DNA of 55,551 nt from an uncultured Clostridia bacterium. GTDB taxonomy: Bacteria; Bacillota; Clostridia; Christensenellales; Borkfalkiaceae. Below the pieces are notes generated by a model. The model did not search any database. It was given only the letters and a program-made list of their open reading frames with translations, and had not been told where the DNA came from. Shown here piece by piece: positions 1 through 8,644 of the stretch. Both the position numbers and the translations under genes were made by a program. Location of the stretch: the NCBI GenBank assembly GCA_947176485.1, contig CAMWQS010000001.1, positions 1 through 55,551 on the forward strand. Reading direction: 5' to 3'. The stretch's first letter is position 1. Every line of letters begins with the position of its first letter.

Positions 1-27
1 GTCTAGAAGGGCTTGGATACGCGTACA

Positions 28-57
28 CCCCCGAATATGCCGCGTTTAAGCGCATTT
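28..57 (+). repeat. Interspersed motif M, copy a (intergenic)
   Basis: CCCCCGAATATGCCGCGTTTAAGCGCATTT. It shares CCCCCGAATATGCCGC with copy k (45759) and fits the family consensus CCCCC-AYATATG-..-AAATAACGC-..-TTTT. Confidence 0.6.
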
Positions 58-81
58 AGCGACCAAAAATCAATTAAATAC

Positions 82-158
82 ACACCCGTAGCTCAGATGG
101 ATAGAGCAATAGCCTCCGACGCTATGTGCCGCTGGTTCGACTCCAGTCGGGTGTACCA
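82..158 (+). tRNA. tRNA-Arg (anticodon CCG)
   Basis: Cloverleaf read by eye: acceptor ACACCCG/CGGGTGT, D arm GCTC..GAGC, anticodon stem ATAGC/GCTAT with loop CTCCGAC, T arm GCTGG-TTCGACT-CCAGT, discriminator A and encoded CCA. Confidence 0.9.
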
Positions 159-162
159 TTAT

Positions 163-196
163 AAGACAACCCTAATTTTGCGGGTTGTCTTTTTTG
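163..196 (+). terminator. Rho-independent terminator after tRNA-Arg
   Basis: Perfect 10-bp stem AAGACAACCC/GGGTTGTCTT with a 9-nt loop, followed by a T-run. Confidence 0.85.
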
Positions 197-215
197 ATAA
201 ATAAAATCTTGCTAA

Positions 216-244
216 TTGACAATAACCCGCTAATCCGTTATAAT
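216..244 (+). promoter_or_regulatory. Consensus sigma-70 type promoter for tcdA; predicted leaderless transcript
   Basis: TTGACA (216-221), 17-nt spacer, TATAAT (239-244). The ATG at 252 is only 7 nt past the -10 and there is no Shine-Dalgarno sequence. Confidence 0.65.
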
Positions 245-251
245 TTTTTCT

Positions 252-1001
252 ATGTTAAACCAGTTTTCAAGAACCGAAATGTTGTTCGGCAAAAAGGGGA
301 TGGAAGCCCTTGCGCGTGCGCGGGTTGCCGTTTTCGGAATAGGCGGCGTGGGCGGCTATACCGTTGAAGCCTTAGTCCGCTCGGGCGTGGGCGCGATAGA
401 TATTATCGACAACGACAAGGTCAGCCTTACCAATATCAACCGCCAAATTTACGCCACGCATAAAACGGTGGGCAAGTACAAGGTTGACGTTGCTGCCGAA
501 AGAATTGCCGAGATAAACCCCGACTGCAAGGTTACGGCGCATAAGACCTTTTATATGCCCGAAACTCAAGCCGAGTTCGATTTTACCGAGTACGACTACA
601 TCGTTGACGCGATAGATACGGTTACGGGCAAGCTTACGATAATCGAGAACGCGCAAAAGTGCGGGACCCCCGTTATAAGCGCGATGGGCGCGGGCAACAA
701 ATTGGACCCGACCGCGTTCGAGGTCGCGGATATTTACAAGACTACGGTTTGCCCGCTTGCAAAGGTTATGCGGCACGAGCTGAAAAAACGGGGCGTCAAG
801 AAACTGAAAGTAGTTTATTCCAAGGAAGAACCCGTTAAGCCCGACCCGTCGGTGCAAGAGAACTGCCGTGAAGAATTAACCGCGGGGCGGCGGGATATCC
901 CCGCAAGTTGCGCCTTCGTCCCGTCGGTTGCGGGGCTGATTATTGCGGGCGAAGTAATAAAGGATTTAGTTAATAACGGTAAGAACGATGGAAGAAAATA
1001 A
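252..1001 (+). CDS. tcdA: tRNA threonylcarbamoyladenosine dehydratase (ThiF/HesA family, TcdA/CsdL-like)
   Basis: N-terminal FSRTEMLFG..VAVFGIGGVGGY Rossmann motif and NINRQ motif, typical of the TcdA branch of E1-like enzymes. Confidence 0.85.
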   Translation: MLNQFSRTEMLFGKKGMEALARARVAVFGIGGVGGYTVEALVRSGVGAIDIIDNDKVSLTNINRQIYATHKTVGKYKVDVAAERIAEINPDCKVTAHKTFYMPETQAEFDFTEYDYIVDAIDTVTGKLTIIENAQKCGTPVISAMGAGNKLDPTAFEVADIYKTTVCPLAKVMRHELKKRGVKKLKVVYSKEEPVKPDPSVQENCREELTAGRRDIPASCAFVPSVAGLIIAGEVIKDLVNNGKNDGRK

Positions 1002-1830
1002 TACCCCTTGCAACGAAGTTGCAAAGCGTGCGGAAAAGAGTATTCAGAAAAAATTTCATACCGAGCTTTTTACCAGATTTGCAAAGGCGATAGTTCAGTA
1101 CGAGCTTATTCAACCCAACGATAAAATTGCGGTCTGTGTTTCGGGCGGGAAAGATTCCTTCCTTATGGCTAAGCTGTTTCAAGAAATTAAGCGGCACAAC
1201 AAGGTTCCGTTCGAGCTTTTATTCCTCGTGATGGACCCCGGTTACAGCAAAGCCAACCGCAAAGCCATCGAAACTAACGCAAAGCTTTTGAATATTCCAA
1301 TAACCGTTTTCGAAACGGATATTTTCGACAGCGTTTACACGATAGATAAATCCCCGTGCTACCTCTGCGCAAGAATGCGTCGCGGGCACCTTTATCACAG
1401 AGCAAAAGACTTGGGCTGCAACAAAATAGCTTTGGGGCACCACTACGACGACGTGATAGAAACCACGCTTATGGGTATGCTTTACGGCGGGCAGATGCAG
1501 ACGATGATGCCCAAGCTTAAAAGCGCGAACTTTGCGGGAATGGAGCTTATACGCCCCATGTACCTGATACGCGAGGACGATATAAAGGCGTGGCGTGATT
1601 ATAACGATTTACACTTCCTGCAGTGTGCCTGCAAGTTCACCGAAAGCAGCGCAACCGACCCGTCGGGTTCTAAGCGGCAAAAGGTGAAAGAGCTTATCCG
1701 CAAGCTTGAAAGCGAGGATAAGGGCATCGAGCAGAATATTTTCAGAAGCGTGGAAAACGTAATTTTAAGCGCGGTTATCGAGTACAAGGACAAGGACGGG
1801 GTAAGGCACCGCTTTACCGACGACTATTAA
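988..1830 (+). CDS. ttcA: PP-loop ATPase, tRNA 2-thiocytidine synthase TtcA-like
   Basis: SGGKDS PP-loop, plus [10 protein letters not shown] and CACKF cysteine motifs. It overlaps the tcdA end by 14 nt. Confidence 0.8.
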   Translation: MEENNTPCNEVAKRAEKSIQKKFHTELFTRFAKAIVQYELIQPNDKIAVCVSGGKDSFLMAKLFQEIKRHNKVPFELLFLVMDPGYSKANRKAIETNAKLLNIPITVFETDIFDSVYTIDKSPCYLCARMRRGHLYHRAKDLGCNKIALGHHYDDVIETTLMGMLYGGQMQTMMPKLKSANFAGMELIRPMYLIREDDIKAWRDYNDLHFLQCACKFTESSATDPSGSKRQKVKELIRKLESEDKGIEQNIFRSVENVILSAVIEYKDKDGVRHRFTDDY

Positions 1831-1844
1831 TAAGGGGAAAAGGA

Positions 1845-3431
1845 ATGACCATTCATCACGACAAGCTTGCTTACGGAAGGATTGCAAAAACGAGTGAAGA
1901 AATGACCGACGGACAAATTCAAGACATGCTTAAAAATCTTTCTGCTGGCGACGAAAAGTATATTCTTGCCATTGACCAAGGTACGACGAGCACCCGCGCC
2001 ATCATTTTTGATAAGCGCGGAAATATAATCTCACGCGCCCAGCAAGAGTTCCGTCAAATATACCCCGAACCGGGTTGGGTAGAGCATTCACCGCAGGATA
2101 TTATGGGGTCTACGGTGGCGGTAACGGGCGAAGCGCTCGTTCGGGCGGGGCTTTCCGCACAAGATATTTCCGCCATAGGAATTACCAATCAGCGCGAGAC
2201 GACGCTCGTTTGGGATAGGAAAACGGGCAAGCCCGTTTATAACGCGATAGTGTGGCAGTGCAGAAGGACCGCGGGCTTTTGCGAGAACTTGAAAAGAGAG
2301 GGCTTCTCCGAAAAAATCTATAACAAGACGGGGCTCGTGCCCGACGCTTATTTCTCGGCAACGAAGATAAAGTGGATTTTGGATAACGTAGAGGGTGCCC
2401 GCGCCCGCGCCGAACGGGGTGAACTCGTTTTCGGTACGGTGGACACTTATCTTCTGTGGCAGCTTTCCAAGGGCACGATATTTGCCACCGATTACACCAA
2501 CGCAAGCCGCACGATGCTTTTCAATATTCACACTTTAAAGTGGGACGATGAGCTTTTAAGGCTTTTCGATATTCCCAAAAGCATGTTGCCCGAGGTTCAC
2601 CCCTCAAGCTATCTTTACGGTTGTACGGACGCCCGTCTTTTCGGCTCGCCTATACCCGTGTGCGGGGTGGTGGGCGACCAGCAAGCGGCACTTTTCGGGC
2701 AGCTGTGCACGAACAAAGGTGAAGTAAAGAACACCTACGGCACGGGCTGTTTCCTTTTGATGAACACGGGCGATAAGGCGGTTAAAAGCCAGCACGGCTT
2801 GATAACTACCCTCGGCGCAACGGCGGAAGGCAAGCCTTGTTACGTATTGGAGGGCTCGGTTTTCGTCGGCGGTGCGGTCGTACAATGGCTGAGGGACGAA
2901 ATGAAGATAATTTCTTCCTCGGACGACAGCGAGGCGCAGGCGCTGAAGGTTAAGGACAGCGGCGGGGTGTACGTGGTGCCGGCGTTTACGGGACTTGGCG
3001 CGCCCTATTGGAATGCCGCGGCGCGGGGAACGATAACGGGCGTAACCCGCGGAACCTCGCGTGAACATATTATCCGCGCATCTTTAGAGGGGATAGCCTA
3101 CGAGGTTTGCGATTTGGTTGAGGCTATGGAAAAGGACGCGGGCATAAAAATAACCCGCCTTGCAGTTGACGGGGGCGCGTGCAAAAATAACTTTCTTATG
3201 CAGTTTCAGTCCGACGTTTTGAACTGTACCGCCGTCCGCCCGAAGGTTGCCGAAACTACGGCACTGGGCGCCGCGTACCTTGCGGGGCTTAACGCAGGGT
3301 GCTGGAGCGGGCTTGACGAGATAAAAGAAAACTTTGAAGTTGAAAAGATTTTCACCCCCGACATGAGAGAGGGGGAAAGGATAAAGCTTTTAAGCGGCTG
3401 GCGGGAAGCCGTCAAGAAAGCAACTTTGTAA
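1845..3431 (+). CDS. glpK: Glycerol kinase
   Basis: [22 protein letters not shown] and FGGY-family C-terminal motifs. AAGGGGA lies upstream of 1845. In-frame ATGs at 1902 and 1926 would give a more typical N-terminus, so the start is uncertain. Confidence 0.9.
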   Translation: MTIHHDKLAYGRIAKTSEEMTDGQIQDMLKNLSAGDEKYILAIDQGTTSTRAIIFDKRGNIISRAQQEFRQIYPEPGWVEHSPQDIMGSTVAVTGEALVRAGLSAQDISAIGITNQRETTLVWDRKTGKPVYNAIVWQCRRTAGFCENLKREGFSEKIYNKTGLVPDAYFSATKIKWILDNVEGARARAERGELVFGTVDTYLLWQLSKGTIFATDYTNASRTMLFNIHTLKWDDELLRLFDIPKSMLPEVHPSSYLYGCTDARLFGSPIPVCGVVGDQQAALFGQLCTNKGEVKNTYGTGCFLLMNTGDKAVKSQHGLITTLGATAEGKPCYVLEGSVFVGGAVVQWLRDEMKIISSSDDSEAQALKVKDSGGVYVVPAFTGLGAPYWNAAARGTITGVTRGTSREHIIRASLEGIAYEVCDLVEAMEKDAGIKITRLAVDGGACKNNFLMQFQSDVLNCTAVRPKVAETTALGAAYLAGLNAGCWSGLDEIKENFEVEKIFTPDMREGERIKLLSGWREAVKKATL

Positions 3432-3437
3432 AGTACA

Positions 3438-3475
3438 AAGCCGCCGCCCAAATTTGCGGGCGGCGGCTTATTTTA
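3438..3475. terminator. Bidirectional terminator between convergent glpK and the small minus-strand ORF
   Basis: 12-bp GC-rich stem AAGCCGCCGCCC/GGGCGGCGGCTT flanked by A/T runs. Confidence 0.8.
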
Positions 3476-3637
3476 GTCTATACTGTCTTTGCCGTCTATC
3501 TTATTATACATTTCGTGAAATTTCTTGACCTCGTCCGGGTCAAGCGAAACCTTTTGAAAAAGCCCCGTGCACTCGTTCGCGCTGGCGCATTGTTCAAAGA
3601 TATCTTCTATAAGTTTGTTCTGTTTACGCTTACTCAT
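3473..3637 (-). CDS. Small hypothetical protein (54 aa, acidic C-terminus)
   Basis: ORF trimmed to MSKRKQ..., because the upstream part of the track ORF is motif M and overlaps the ATP-grasp gene. No clear SD and no recognisable family. Confidence 0.3.
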   Translation of the reverse strand: MSKRKQNKLIEDIFEQCASANECTGLFQKVSLDPDEVKKFHEMYNKIDGKDSID

Positions 3638-3671
3638 ATAAGTAGCTTGCGCAACGCCGAAAAAACTATGC

Positions 3672-3702
3672 AAAAACGCGTTATTTAAGGCATATATAGG
3701 GG
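3672..3702 (-). repeat. Interspersed motif M, copy b
   Basis: Minus-strand reading: TAA-CCCCTATATATGCCTTAAATAACGCGTTTTT. It starts right after the stop codon of the ATP-grasp gene. Confidence 0.75.
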
Positions 3703-4584
3703 TTAATCGTATATTTTGCTGCAAATATATTCCGCATAAAGGCGGGCAATATTCACGCCCGTAACCCGCTCAATGCCCCCGAAAAAGGCGTTTGAGTTGA
3801 CTTCGCACACTAAATAGCCACCTTTTTCGGCGTATAAAAGGTCAATTCCGCAGTAGTCAAGTTCAAGTGTTTTTGCCGTTAATTCGCATATATCCCGTAG
3901 GCAATCGTCAATTTCGATAGGTTTTGCCGTGCCGCCAAGCTCCAAATTAGAGCGGAAGTCTGTATCAGATTTTCTCTGCATAGCGGCAACGGCTTTGCCG
4001 CCTATGACTATGACGCGCACGTCTTTACCCGCGCTTGAAGATATAAACTTCTGAAAAAGGTGGGGCGTGCATTTCAGCTTTGCACATAAGGCTTCAAGTT
4101 CCTGACGGTCGTCCGCCTTATAAACGCCCTTGCCGAGCGAGCCGTAGCTTTCCTTTACTATAACGGGGTAGCCCAAAGTCTTTTCAATAAAATCGATATC
4201 GTCCGCTTTCACGGTTGCTTTCGCGTCGTAGCAAAGGAGTCCGCCAACCGTCGGCGGCATCGGTACCCCGTGCCCTAAAAGTGCGAGGTGGGTTTCCATC
4301 TTATCGTCGCAAACGCGCACTGCGGCGTGGCTGTTAAAAAGCCTCACCCCCGACTTTTCCAAAATTGCGGAGGTGTATTTGTCCTTATCCAGATACACGC
4401 AGAAGTCGTAGCCGTTAAGCTCGTTTACGAGTTCGCCCTTGCCGTCAAGGTATGCAAAAAAGCCGTTCCGCCTTATCTCCGCGTCTACGCCTAAGCGTGC
4501 GAACTCGGTTTTAAGCCGTTCGGCTTGGTTCAGCCCCGTGGGGAGGGTAGAGTATGCATTTATAATAATAATTGCGCGTTTCAC
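3703..4584 (-). CDS. ATP-grasp ligase, RimK-like family
   Basis: ATP-grasp fold signatures (GYPVIVKESYGSLGKGV, DVRVIVIGGK, FRSNLELGG, CGIDLL). GTG start overlaps the upstream gene stop (GTGA). Confidence 0.75.
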   Translation of the reverse strand: MKRAIIIINAYSTLPTGLNQAERLKTEFARLGVDAEIRRNGFFAYLDGKGELVNELNGYDFCVYLDKDKYTSAILEKSGVRLFNSHAAVRVCDDKMETHLALLGHGVPMPPTVGGLLCYDAKATVKADDIDFIEKTLGYPVIVKESYGSLGKGVYKADDRQELEALCAKLKCTPHLFQKFISSSAGKDVRVIVIGGKAVAAMQRKSDTDFRSNLELGGTAKPIEIDDCLRDICELTAKTLELDYCGIDLLYAEKGGYLVCEVNSNAFFGGIERVTGVNIARLYAEYICSKIYD

Positions 4585-5192
4585 TGTCGTTTTAAATAGT
4601 TTTTATAAATCTTTTTGTCGGGCGTGCCGTTTTCTATAATATTTATGGTTTTGCTCTGTTTTCCGTCTTTTACTGCGCAGTAAGAAACCGTTTTATACTT
4701 GCCGCCGCGTTCCATAAGTCGGCAGAAGGTGGCGCCGAGTCTATCTATTATCGCGGTGGTTATCGTAGCTTTTCTTGACAAGGAAAGCTTGCCGAAAGCC
4801 GAAAAATCAAAAGCTATAAGCTCTTTAAAGTTATTAGTTTTAACGAAGAAACTGTTGCCGTCGTTTGAAATATAATAGGTTACGTTGTCCCGTTCGGGGT
4901 GCATAAGCGCGGCGTTCTCAATGAAAACTTCTTGTACGTAATTTTTTATAATGCGGTCAAGGGGCTTCCCGTATTTGTAGTTGAAAATTGCCGCAAGCAA
5001 CGCAAACACGCCCATTAGTGGAATGCAAACGCCCAAAGCATAAATACGAAAATCGATTCTGGATAATGCTATTGCAACCGATAAAAAAACTATAAGCTCA
5101 ATGCAGGCAATTCCTGAGCCAACCGTTGCAAGCAGCCCGCAAAACTCGCCTTTTTTAAGTCTTTTGATTTCTTCCGTATTTAAATTCGCCAT
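4581..5192 (-). CDS. Hypothetical membrane protein (2 predicted TM helices)
   Basis: Two hydrophobic segments near the N-terminus. Translationally coupled to the ATP-grasp gene. Own consensus promoter directly upstream. Confidence 0.6.
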   Translation of the reverse strand: MANLNTEEIKRLKKGEFCGLLATVGSGIACIELIVFLSVAIALSRIDFRIYALGVCIPLMGVFALLAAIFNYKYGKPLDRIIKNYVQEVFIENAALMHPERDNVTYYISNDGNSFFVKTNNFKELIAFDFSAFGKLSLSRKATITTAIIDRLGATFCRLMERGGKYKTVSYCAVKDGKQSKTINIIENGTPDKKIYKNYLKRQ

Positions 5193-5198
5193 AATTTT

Positions 5199-5227
5199 AT
5201 TTTAAGCTATGCCGCCCGCGCAGTCAA
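5199..5227 (-). promoter_or_regulatory. Promoter of the minus-strand membrane/ATP-grasp operon; predicted leaderless
   Basis: On the minus strand: TTGACT (5227-5222), 17 nt, TAAAAT (5204-5199), then 6 nt to the ATG at 5192. No SD. Confidence 0.6.
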
Positions 5228-5234
5228 GTTTTTA

Positions 5235-5263
5235 TTGAAAATAATTACAAATTGCGGTATAAT
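5235..5263 (+). promoter_or_regulatory. Promoter of the HNH-like gene; predicted leaderless
   Basis: TTGAAA (5235-5240), 17 nt, TATAAT (5258-5263), then 6 nt to the ATG at 5270. No SD. Confidence 0.6.
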
Positions 5264-5269
5264 GGGACT

Positions 5270-5698
5270 ATGAAACTCAATTTTGAACTTGTGCCGGACA
5301 GCTGTTGGTACAGCAATTTAAGAAGTATTTTATCCCCCGCGCAGTGGGGCGTCGTCCGCAAGGAAGCGTATGCCTGTGCGGGCGGTAAATGCGCCATATG
5401 TGGGGGTGTATCGCCCAGATTAGAGGCTCACGAGCAGTGGGAATACGACGAAAAGAACGCAGTACAGAAGTTGAAAACCGTAGTTGCCGTGTGCAAAAGC
5501 TGCCACGAAGTTATCCATATAGGCAGAACTTCTTTGATGGGCGGTGAAGAAAGGGCGGCAGCGCATTTTATGAAAGTTAACGGCTGCACCTACGCCGAAT
5601 ACCGCAAGGCCTTGGGCGAAGCAAACGAAGCTCACCGCCGCAGAAACCTTGTTCCCGAGTGGAAGCTTGACCTGTCGTATCTGAAAAAATTTTGTTGA
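5270..5698 (+). CDS. HNH-like / zinc-ribbon protein
   Basis: CAICGG...H...CKSCHEVIH cysteine/histidine pattern. Start moved from the TTG at 5252, which lies inside the -10 box, to MKLNFELVPD. Confidence 0.6.
   Translation: MKLNFELVPDSCWYSNLRSILSPAQWGVVRKEAYACAGGKCAICGGVSPRLEAHEQWEYDEKNAVQKLKTVVAVCKSCHEVIHIGRTSLMGGEERAAAHFMKVNGCTYAEYRKALGEANEAHRRRNLVPEWKLDLSYLKKFC
5381..5406 (-). repeat. Motif M core-only copy n, inside the HNH-like CDS
   Basis: Contains the exact 12-mer CATATGTGGGGG (5395-5406), shared with 10609 and 38042. It encodes the CAICGG zinc-ribbon motif, so it could also be coincidental. Confidence 0.35.
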
Positions 5699-5715
5699 AA
5701 AATGTAAATTTTCAT

Positions 5716-5731
5716 ATACAATATATAGTTA
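5716..5731. promoter_or_regulatory. NrdR-box-like site A
   Basis: ATACAATATATAGTTA, a near-palindrome resembling the NrdR box consensus acaCwAtATaTwGtgt. Confidence 0.45.
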
Positions 5732-5747
5732 TCTTGTTCAAAATTTT

Positions 5748-5764
5748 CACACAAGATATTGTGC
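5748..5764. promoter_or_regulatory. NrdR-box-like site B
   Basis: CACACAAGATATTGTGC. Its centre is 33 bp from site A, close to the tandem spacing usual for NrdR boxes. Confidence 0.55.
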
Positions 5765-5772
5765 CTCAACAC

Positions 5773-5801
5773 TTGACACTGAAACCTTAAAGTATTATAC
5801 T
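5773..5801 (+). promoter_or_regulatory. Promoter-like element P1 upstream of nrdD
   Basis: TTGACA (5773-5778), 17 nt, TATACT (5796-5801). A terminator-like hairpin follows immediately. Confidence 0.4.
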
Positions 5802-5857
5802 TGTCCTTGCTGCGCTCTTGATAAGGGTCAAGCGCGGACAAGCATTTTTTTATTTTT
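5800..5857 (+). terminator. Terminator-like hairpin plus long T tract (end of the HNH-like transcript or attenuator of P1)
   Basis: CTTGTCC..GCGCTCTTG-ATAAGGG-TCAAGCGC-GGACAAG, followed by ATTTTTTTATTTTTT. Confidence 0.7.
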
Positions 5858-5873
5858 TACACAATATATTGTA
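5858..5873. promoter_or_regulatory. NrdR box C
   Basis: TACACAATATATTGTA containing the perfect palindrome ACAATATATTGT, 11 bp upstream of the -35 of P2. Confidence 0.7.
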
Positions 5874-5883
5874 GAAGCGAGTA

Positions 5884-5912
5884 TTGACATACCACTAAAT
5901 AAGTGGTAGAAT
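5884..5912 (+). promoter_or_regulatory. nrdD promoter P2
   Basis: TTGACA (5884-5889), 17 nt, TAGAAT (5907-5912). The GGAGG SD at 5932 precedes the ATG at 5947. Confidence 0.65.
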
Positions 5913-5946
5913 GGTTTTTACTTGCACTATTCGGAGGAAACTTATT

Positions 5947-8073
5947 ATGAAGGTTATCAAGCGGGACGGCACTACGTGCGAATTCGACAGAAAAAAAATT
6001 GCGGTTGCAATCAGCAAGGCGAATTCTGCCGTTGATTTCGAGGACAGAATTACGGACGCACAAATTGCGGCTATAGTTGACGATATCGCTTCCCGCCACA
6101 GAATGAGAATGCTCGTTGAAGACATTCAGGATATGGTAGAAGAAAAGCTTATGGAACTTCAGAAGTACCAGCTTATGAAGGCTTACATTCTCTACCGTTA
6201 CGAGCGTGCTTTAATCCGTAAGGCAAACACCACGGACGAGAGCATACTTTCGCTTATAAGAAACTCCAATAAAGACGTTATGGAAGAAAACTCCAACAAA
6301 AACGCCCGCACCGCTGCTACGCAGCGTGACCTTATCGCGGGCGAAGTGTCAAAGGATTTGACGAAGAGAATTCTTCTTCCCGAACATATTTCCAAAGCGC
6401 ACGAGGAAGGCGCAATTCACTTCCACGACGCGGACTACTTCTTGCAGCCCATTTTCAACTGCTGCCTTATAAATATTAAGGACATGCTTGAAAACGGCAC
6501 CGTAATGAACGGCAAGATGATAGAAAGCCCCAAATCATTCCAGACGGCTTGCACCATCACCACGCAGATTATCGCGTCGGTTGCTTCGTCGCAGTACGGC
6601 GGGCAGTCCGTAAACATGGCGCACCTTGGTAAATATTTAAGACGCACCAAAAACAAGTACGTTCAGCAGTGCGAGCAAGAATTCGGCACGACTCTTTCCG
6701 AGGAAACGAAAAAGCACTTCGTTGATATGCGTGTAAAGGAAGCGCTTAAAGCGGGCGTGCAGACTATTCAGTATCAGATTAACACCCTTATGACGACGAA
6801 CGGACAGTCGCCCTTCGTAACGCTTTTCTTGTACCTTGACGAAAACGACGAGTATATCGAAGAAAACGCGATGATTATTCAGGAAATTCTCGAACAGCGT
6901 TATCAAGGCATCAAGAATGAAAAGGGCGTTTACGTAACCCCCGCCTTCCCCAAGCTTATTTACGTTTTGGACGAAAACAACTGCTTGAAGGGCGGCAAGT
7001 ACGACTACATCACGAAGCTTGCGGTCAAATGCTCGTCAAAGCGCCTTTACCCCGACTACATATCCGCAAAGAAAATGCGCGAGTATTACGAGGGCAACGT
7101 GTTCTCGCCTATGGGTTGCCGTTCCTTCCTTTCGCCTTGGAAGGACGAAAACGGAAATTACAAGTTCGAAGGCAGATTTAACCAAGGCGTCGTATCCATC
7201 AACCTTCCCCAATGCGGTATCCTTGCAAAGGGTGACGAAAAGAAGTTCTGGGAAATTCTTGAAGAAAGGCTTGACCTTTGCTTTGAAGCGTTGATGTGCC
7301 GCCATAACGCGCTTATGGGAGTAAGCAGCGACGTTTCGCCCGTGCATTGGCAGTACGGCGCAATCGCAAGATTACAGCCGGGCGAGAAAATCGACAAGTA
7401 CCTTATGGACGGTTATTCAACCATTTCTTTGGGGTACATAGGTCTGTACGAATTGACCAAGCTCGTTAAAGGCGTTTCTCACACCACCGAAGAAGGCTCG
7501 AAGTTTGCACTTCAAGTTATGAATACTCTCCGCGCACATTGCGAGAAGTGGAAGAAGGAAACGGGGCTTGGCTTCGGACTTTACGGCACCCCTGCGGAAA
7601 GTCTTTGCTACCGCTTTGCAAGAATCGACCAAAAGCGTTTCGGCACAATAGAGGACGTAACTGATAAGGGCTATTACACCAACAGCTATCACGTTGACGT
7701 GCGCGAGAAGATTGACGCCTTCTCGAAATTCACTTTCGAAAGCCAGTTCCAAAAGATTTCTTCAGGCGGTGCAATCTCTTACGTTGAAATTCCCAATATG
7801 CGCCAGAACTTGACCGCAATGGAAGACGTGGTGCGTTTCATCTACGATAACATTCAGTACGCTGAATTCAACACCAAATCGGACTACTGCCACGTTTGCG
7901 GCTTTGACGGCGAAATTATCATAAACGACGACAACGAATGGGAATGCCCTGTTTGCCACAACAAGGACCAGAGGAAAATGAACGTAACCCGCCGTACTTG
8001 CGGATACTTAGGTGAAAACTTCTGGAACGTGGGCAAGACCAAAGAGATAAAGGCGAGAGTACTCCATTTATAA
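5947..8073 (+). CDS. nrdD: Anaerobic ribonucleoside-triphosphate reductase (class III), with N-terminal ATP-cone
   Basis: ATP-cone MKVIKRDG..., C-terminal zinc ribbon CHVCG..CPVCH and glycyl-radical motif RRTCGYLG. Start set at the SD-supported ATG rather than the track start at 5911. Confidence 0.95.
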   Translation: MKVIKRDGTTCEFDRKKIAVAISKANSAVDFEDRITDAQIAAIVDDIASRHRMRMLVEDIQDMVEEKLMELQKYQLMKAYILYRYERALIRKANTTDESILSLIRNSNKDVMEENSNKNARTAATQRDLIAGEVSKDLTKRILLPEHISKAHEEGAIHFHDADYFLQPIFNCCLINIKDMLENGTVMNGKMIESPKSFQTACTITTQIIASVASSQYGGQSVNMAHLGKYLRRTKNKYVQQCEQEFGTTLSEETKKHFVDMRVKEALKAGVQTIQYQINTLMTTNGQSPFVTLFLYLDENDEYIEENAMIIQEILEQRYQGIKNEKGVYVTPAFPKLIYVLDENNCLKGGKYDYITKLAVKCSSKRLYPDYISAKKMREYYEGNVFSPMGCRSFLSPWKDENGNYKFEGRFNQGVVSINLPQCGILAKGDEKKFWEILEERLDLCFEALMCRHNALMGVSSDVSPVHWQYGAIARLQPGEKIDKYLMDGYSTISLGYIGLYELTKLVKGVSHTTEEGSKFALQVMNTLRAHCEKWKKETGLGFGLYGTPAESLCYRFARIDQKRFGTIEDVTDKGYYTNSYHVDVREKIDAFSKFTFESQFQKISSGGAISYVEIPNMRQNLTAMEDVVRFIYDNIQYAEFNTKSDYCHVCGFDGEIIINDDNEWECPVCHNKDQRKMNVTRRTCGYLGENFWNVGKTKEIKARVLHL

Positions 8074-8076
8074 TTA

Positions 8077-8106
8077 AAATGCCGTTATTTAAGGTATATA
8101 TGGGGG
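8077..8106 (-). repeat. Interspersed motif M, copy c (fills the nrdD-nrdG spacer)
   Basis: Plus strand AAAATGCCGTTATTTAAGGTATATATGGGGG. The G-run lies 4 nt before the nrdG ATG. Confidence 0.75.
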
Positions 8107-8110
8107 TCAA

Positions 8111-8644
8111 ATGAACTACGCAACTATAAAATGGTACGATATTTCCAACGGGCCGGGGGTAAGGGTTTCCCTTTACGTAAGCGGTTGCCGCAACCACTGC
8201 AAGAACTGCTTTAACCCCGAAACCTGGGACTTCAACTACGGTGAGCCGTTCACCGAAGATATTGAAAATAAAATTATAGACGGTTTAAAGCCCGATTACA
8301 TCAAAGGTTTTACCCTTCTCGGCGGCGACCCGTTCGAGCCCGAAAACCAAAAGGTTTTGGCGCCTTTTCTTGAAAAACTGAGAAAAGCGTATCCCGATAA
8401 GTCATTTTGGGCGTTTACCGGCTACGATTACGAAAGAGATTTGCTTACGGGCAAGCTTGGCGATATTGATACGGTAATGCGTATGCTTAATTGCCTTGAC
8501 GTGCTTATTGACGGCAGATTCGTTGAAGATTTAAAAGATTTAAACCTCCGTTTCCGCGGTTCTTCAAACCAAAGAATAATACTTTTAAAACCCTCTTTAA
8601 AGGAAGATAAAATCGTTCTTTGGGACGAGGTTGAAATAGTTTAA
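8111..8644 (+). CDS. nrdG: Anaerobic RNR activating enzyme (radical SAM)
   Basis: CRNHCKNC radical-SAM cluster motif, positioned directly after nrdD. Confidence 0.95.
   Translation: MNYATIKWYDISNGPGVRVSLYVSGCRNHCKNCFNPETWDFNYGEPFTEDIENKIIDGLKPDYIKGFTLLGGDPFEPENQKVLAPFLEKLRKAYPDKSFWAFTGYDYERDLLTGKLGDIDTVMRMLNCLDVLIDGRFVEDLKDLNLRFRGSSNQRIILLKPSLKEDKIVLWDEVEIV

Noticed and set aside
1-27. Possible gene or RNA end at the extreme left edge
   Set aside because: It is too short and is truncated by the window, and nothing recognisable is present.
5911-5946. N-terminal extensions offered by the ORF track (nrdD 5911; likewise 5252, 8654, 10173, 15159, 26977, 27510, 29508, 31355, 34270, 34313, 51083)
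   Set aside because: In each case a downstream ATG preceded by a Shine-Dalgarno sequence or by a promoter gives the family-typical N-terminus. The extensions run through promoters, repeats or the preceding gene.
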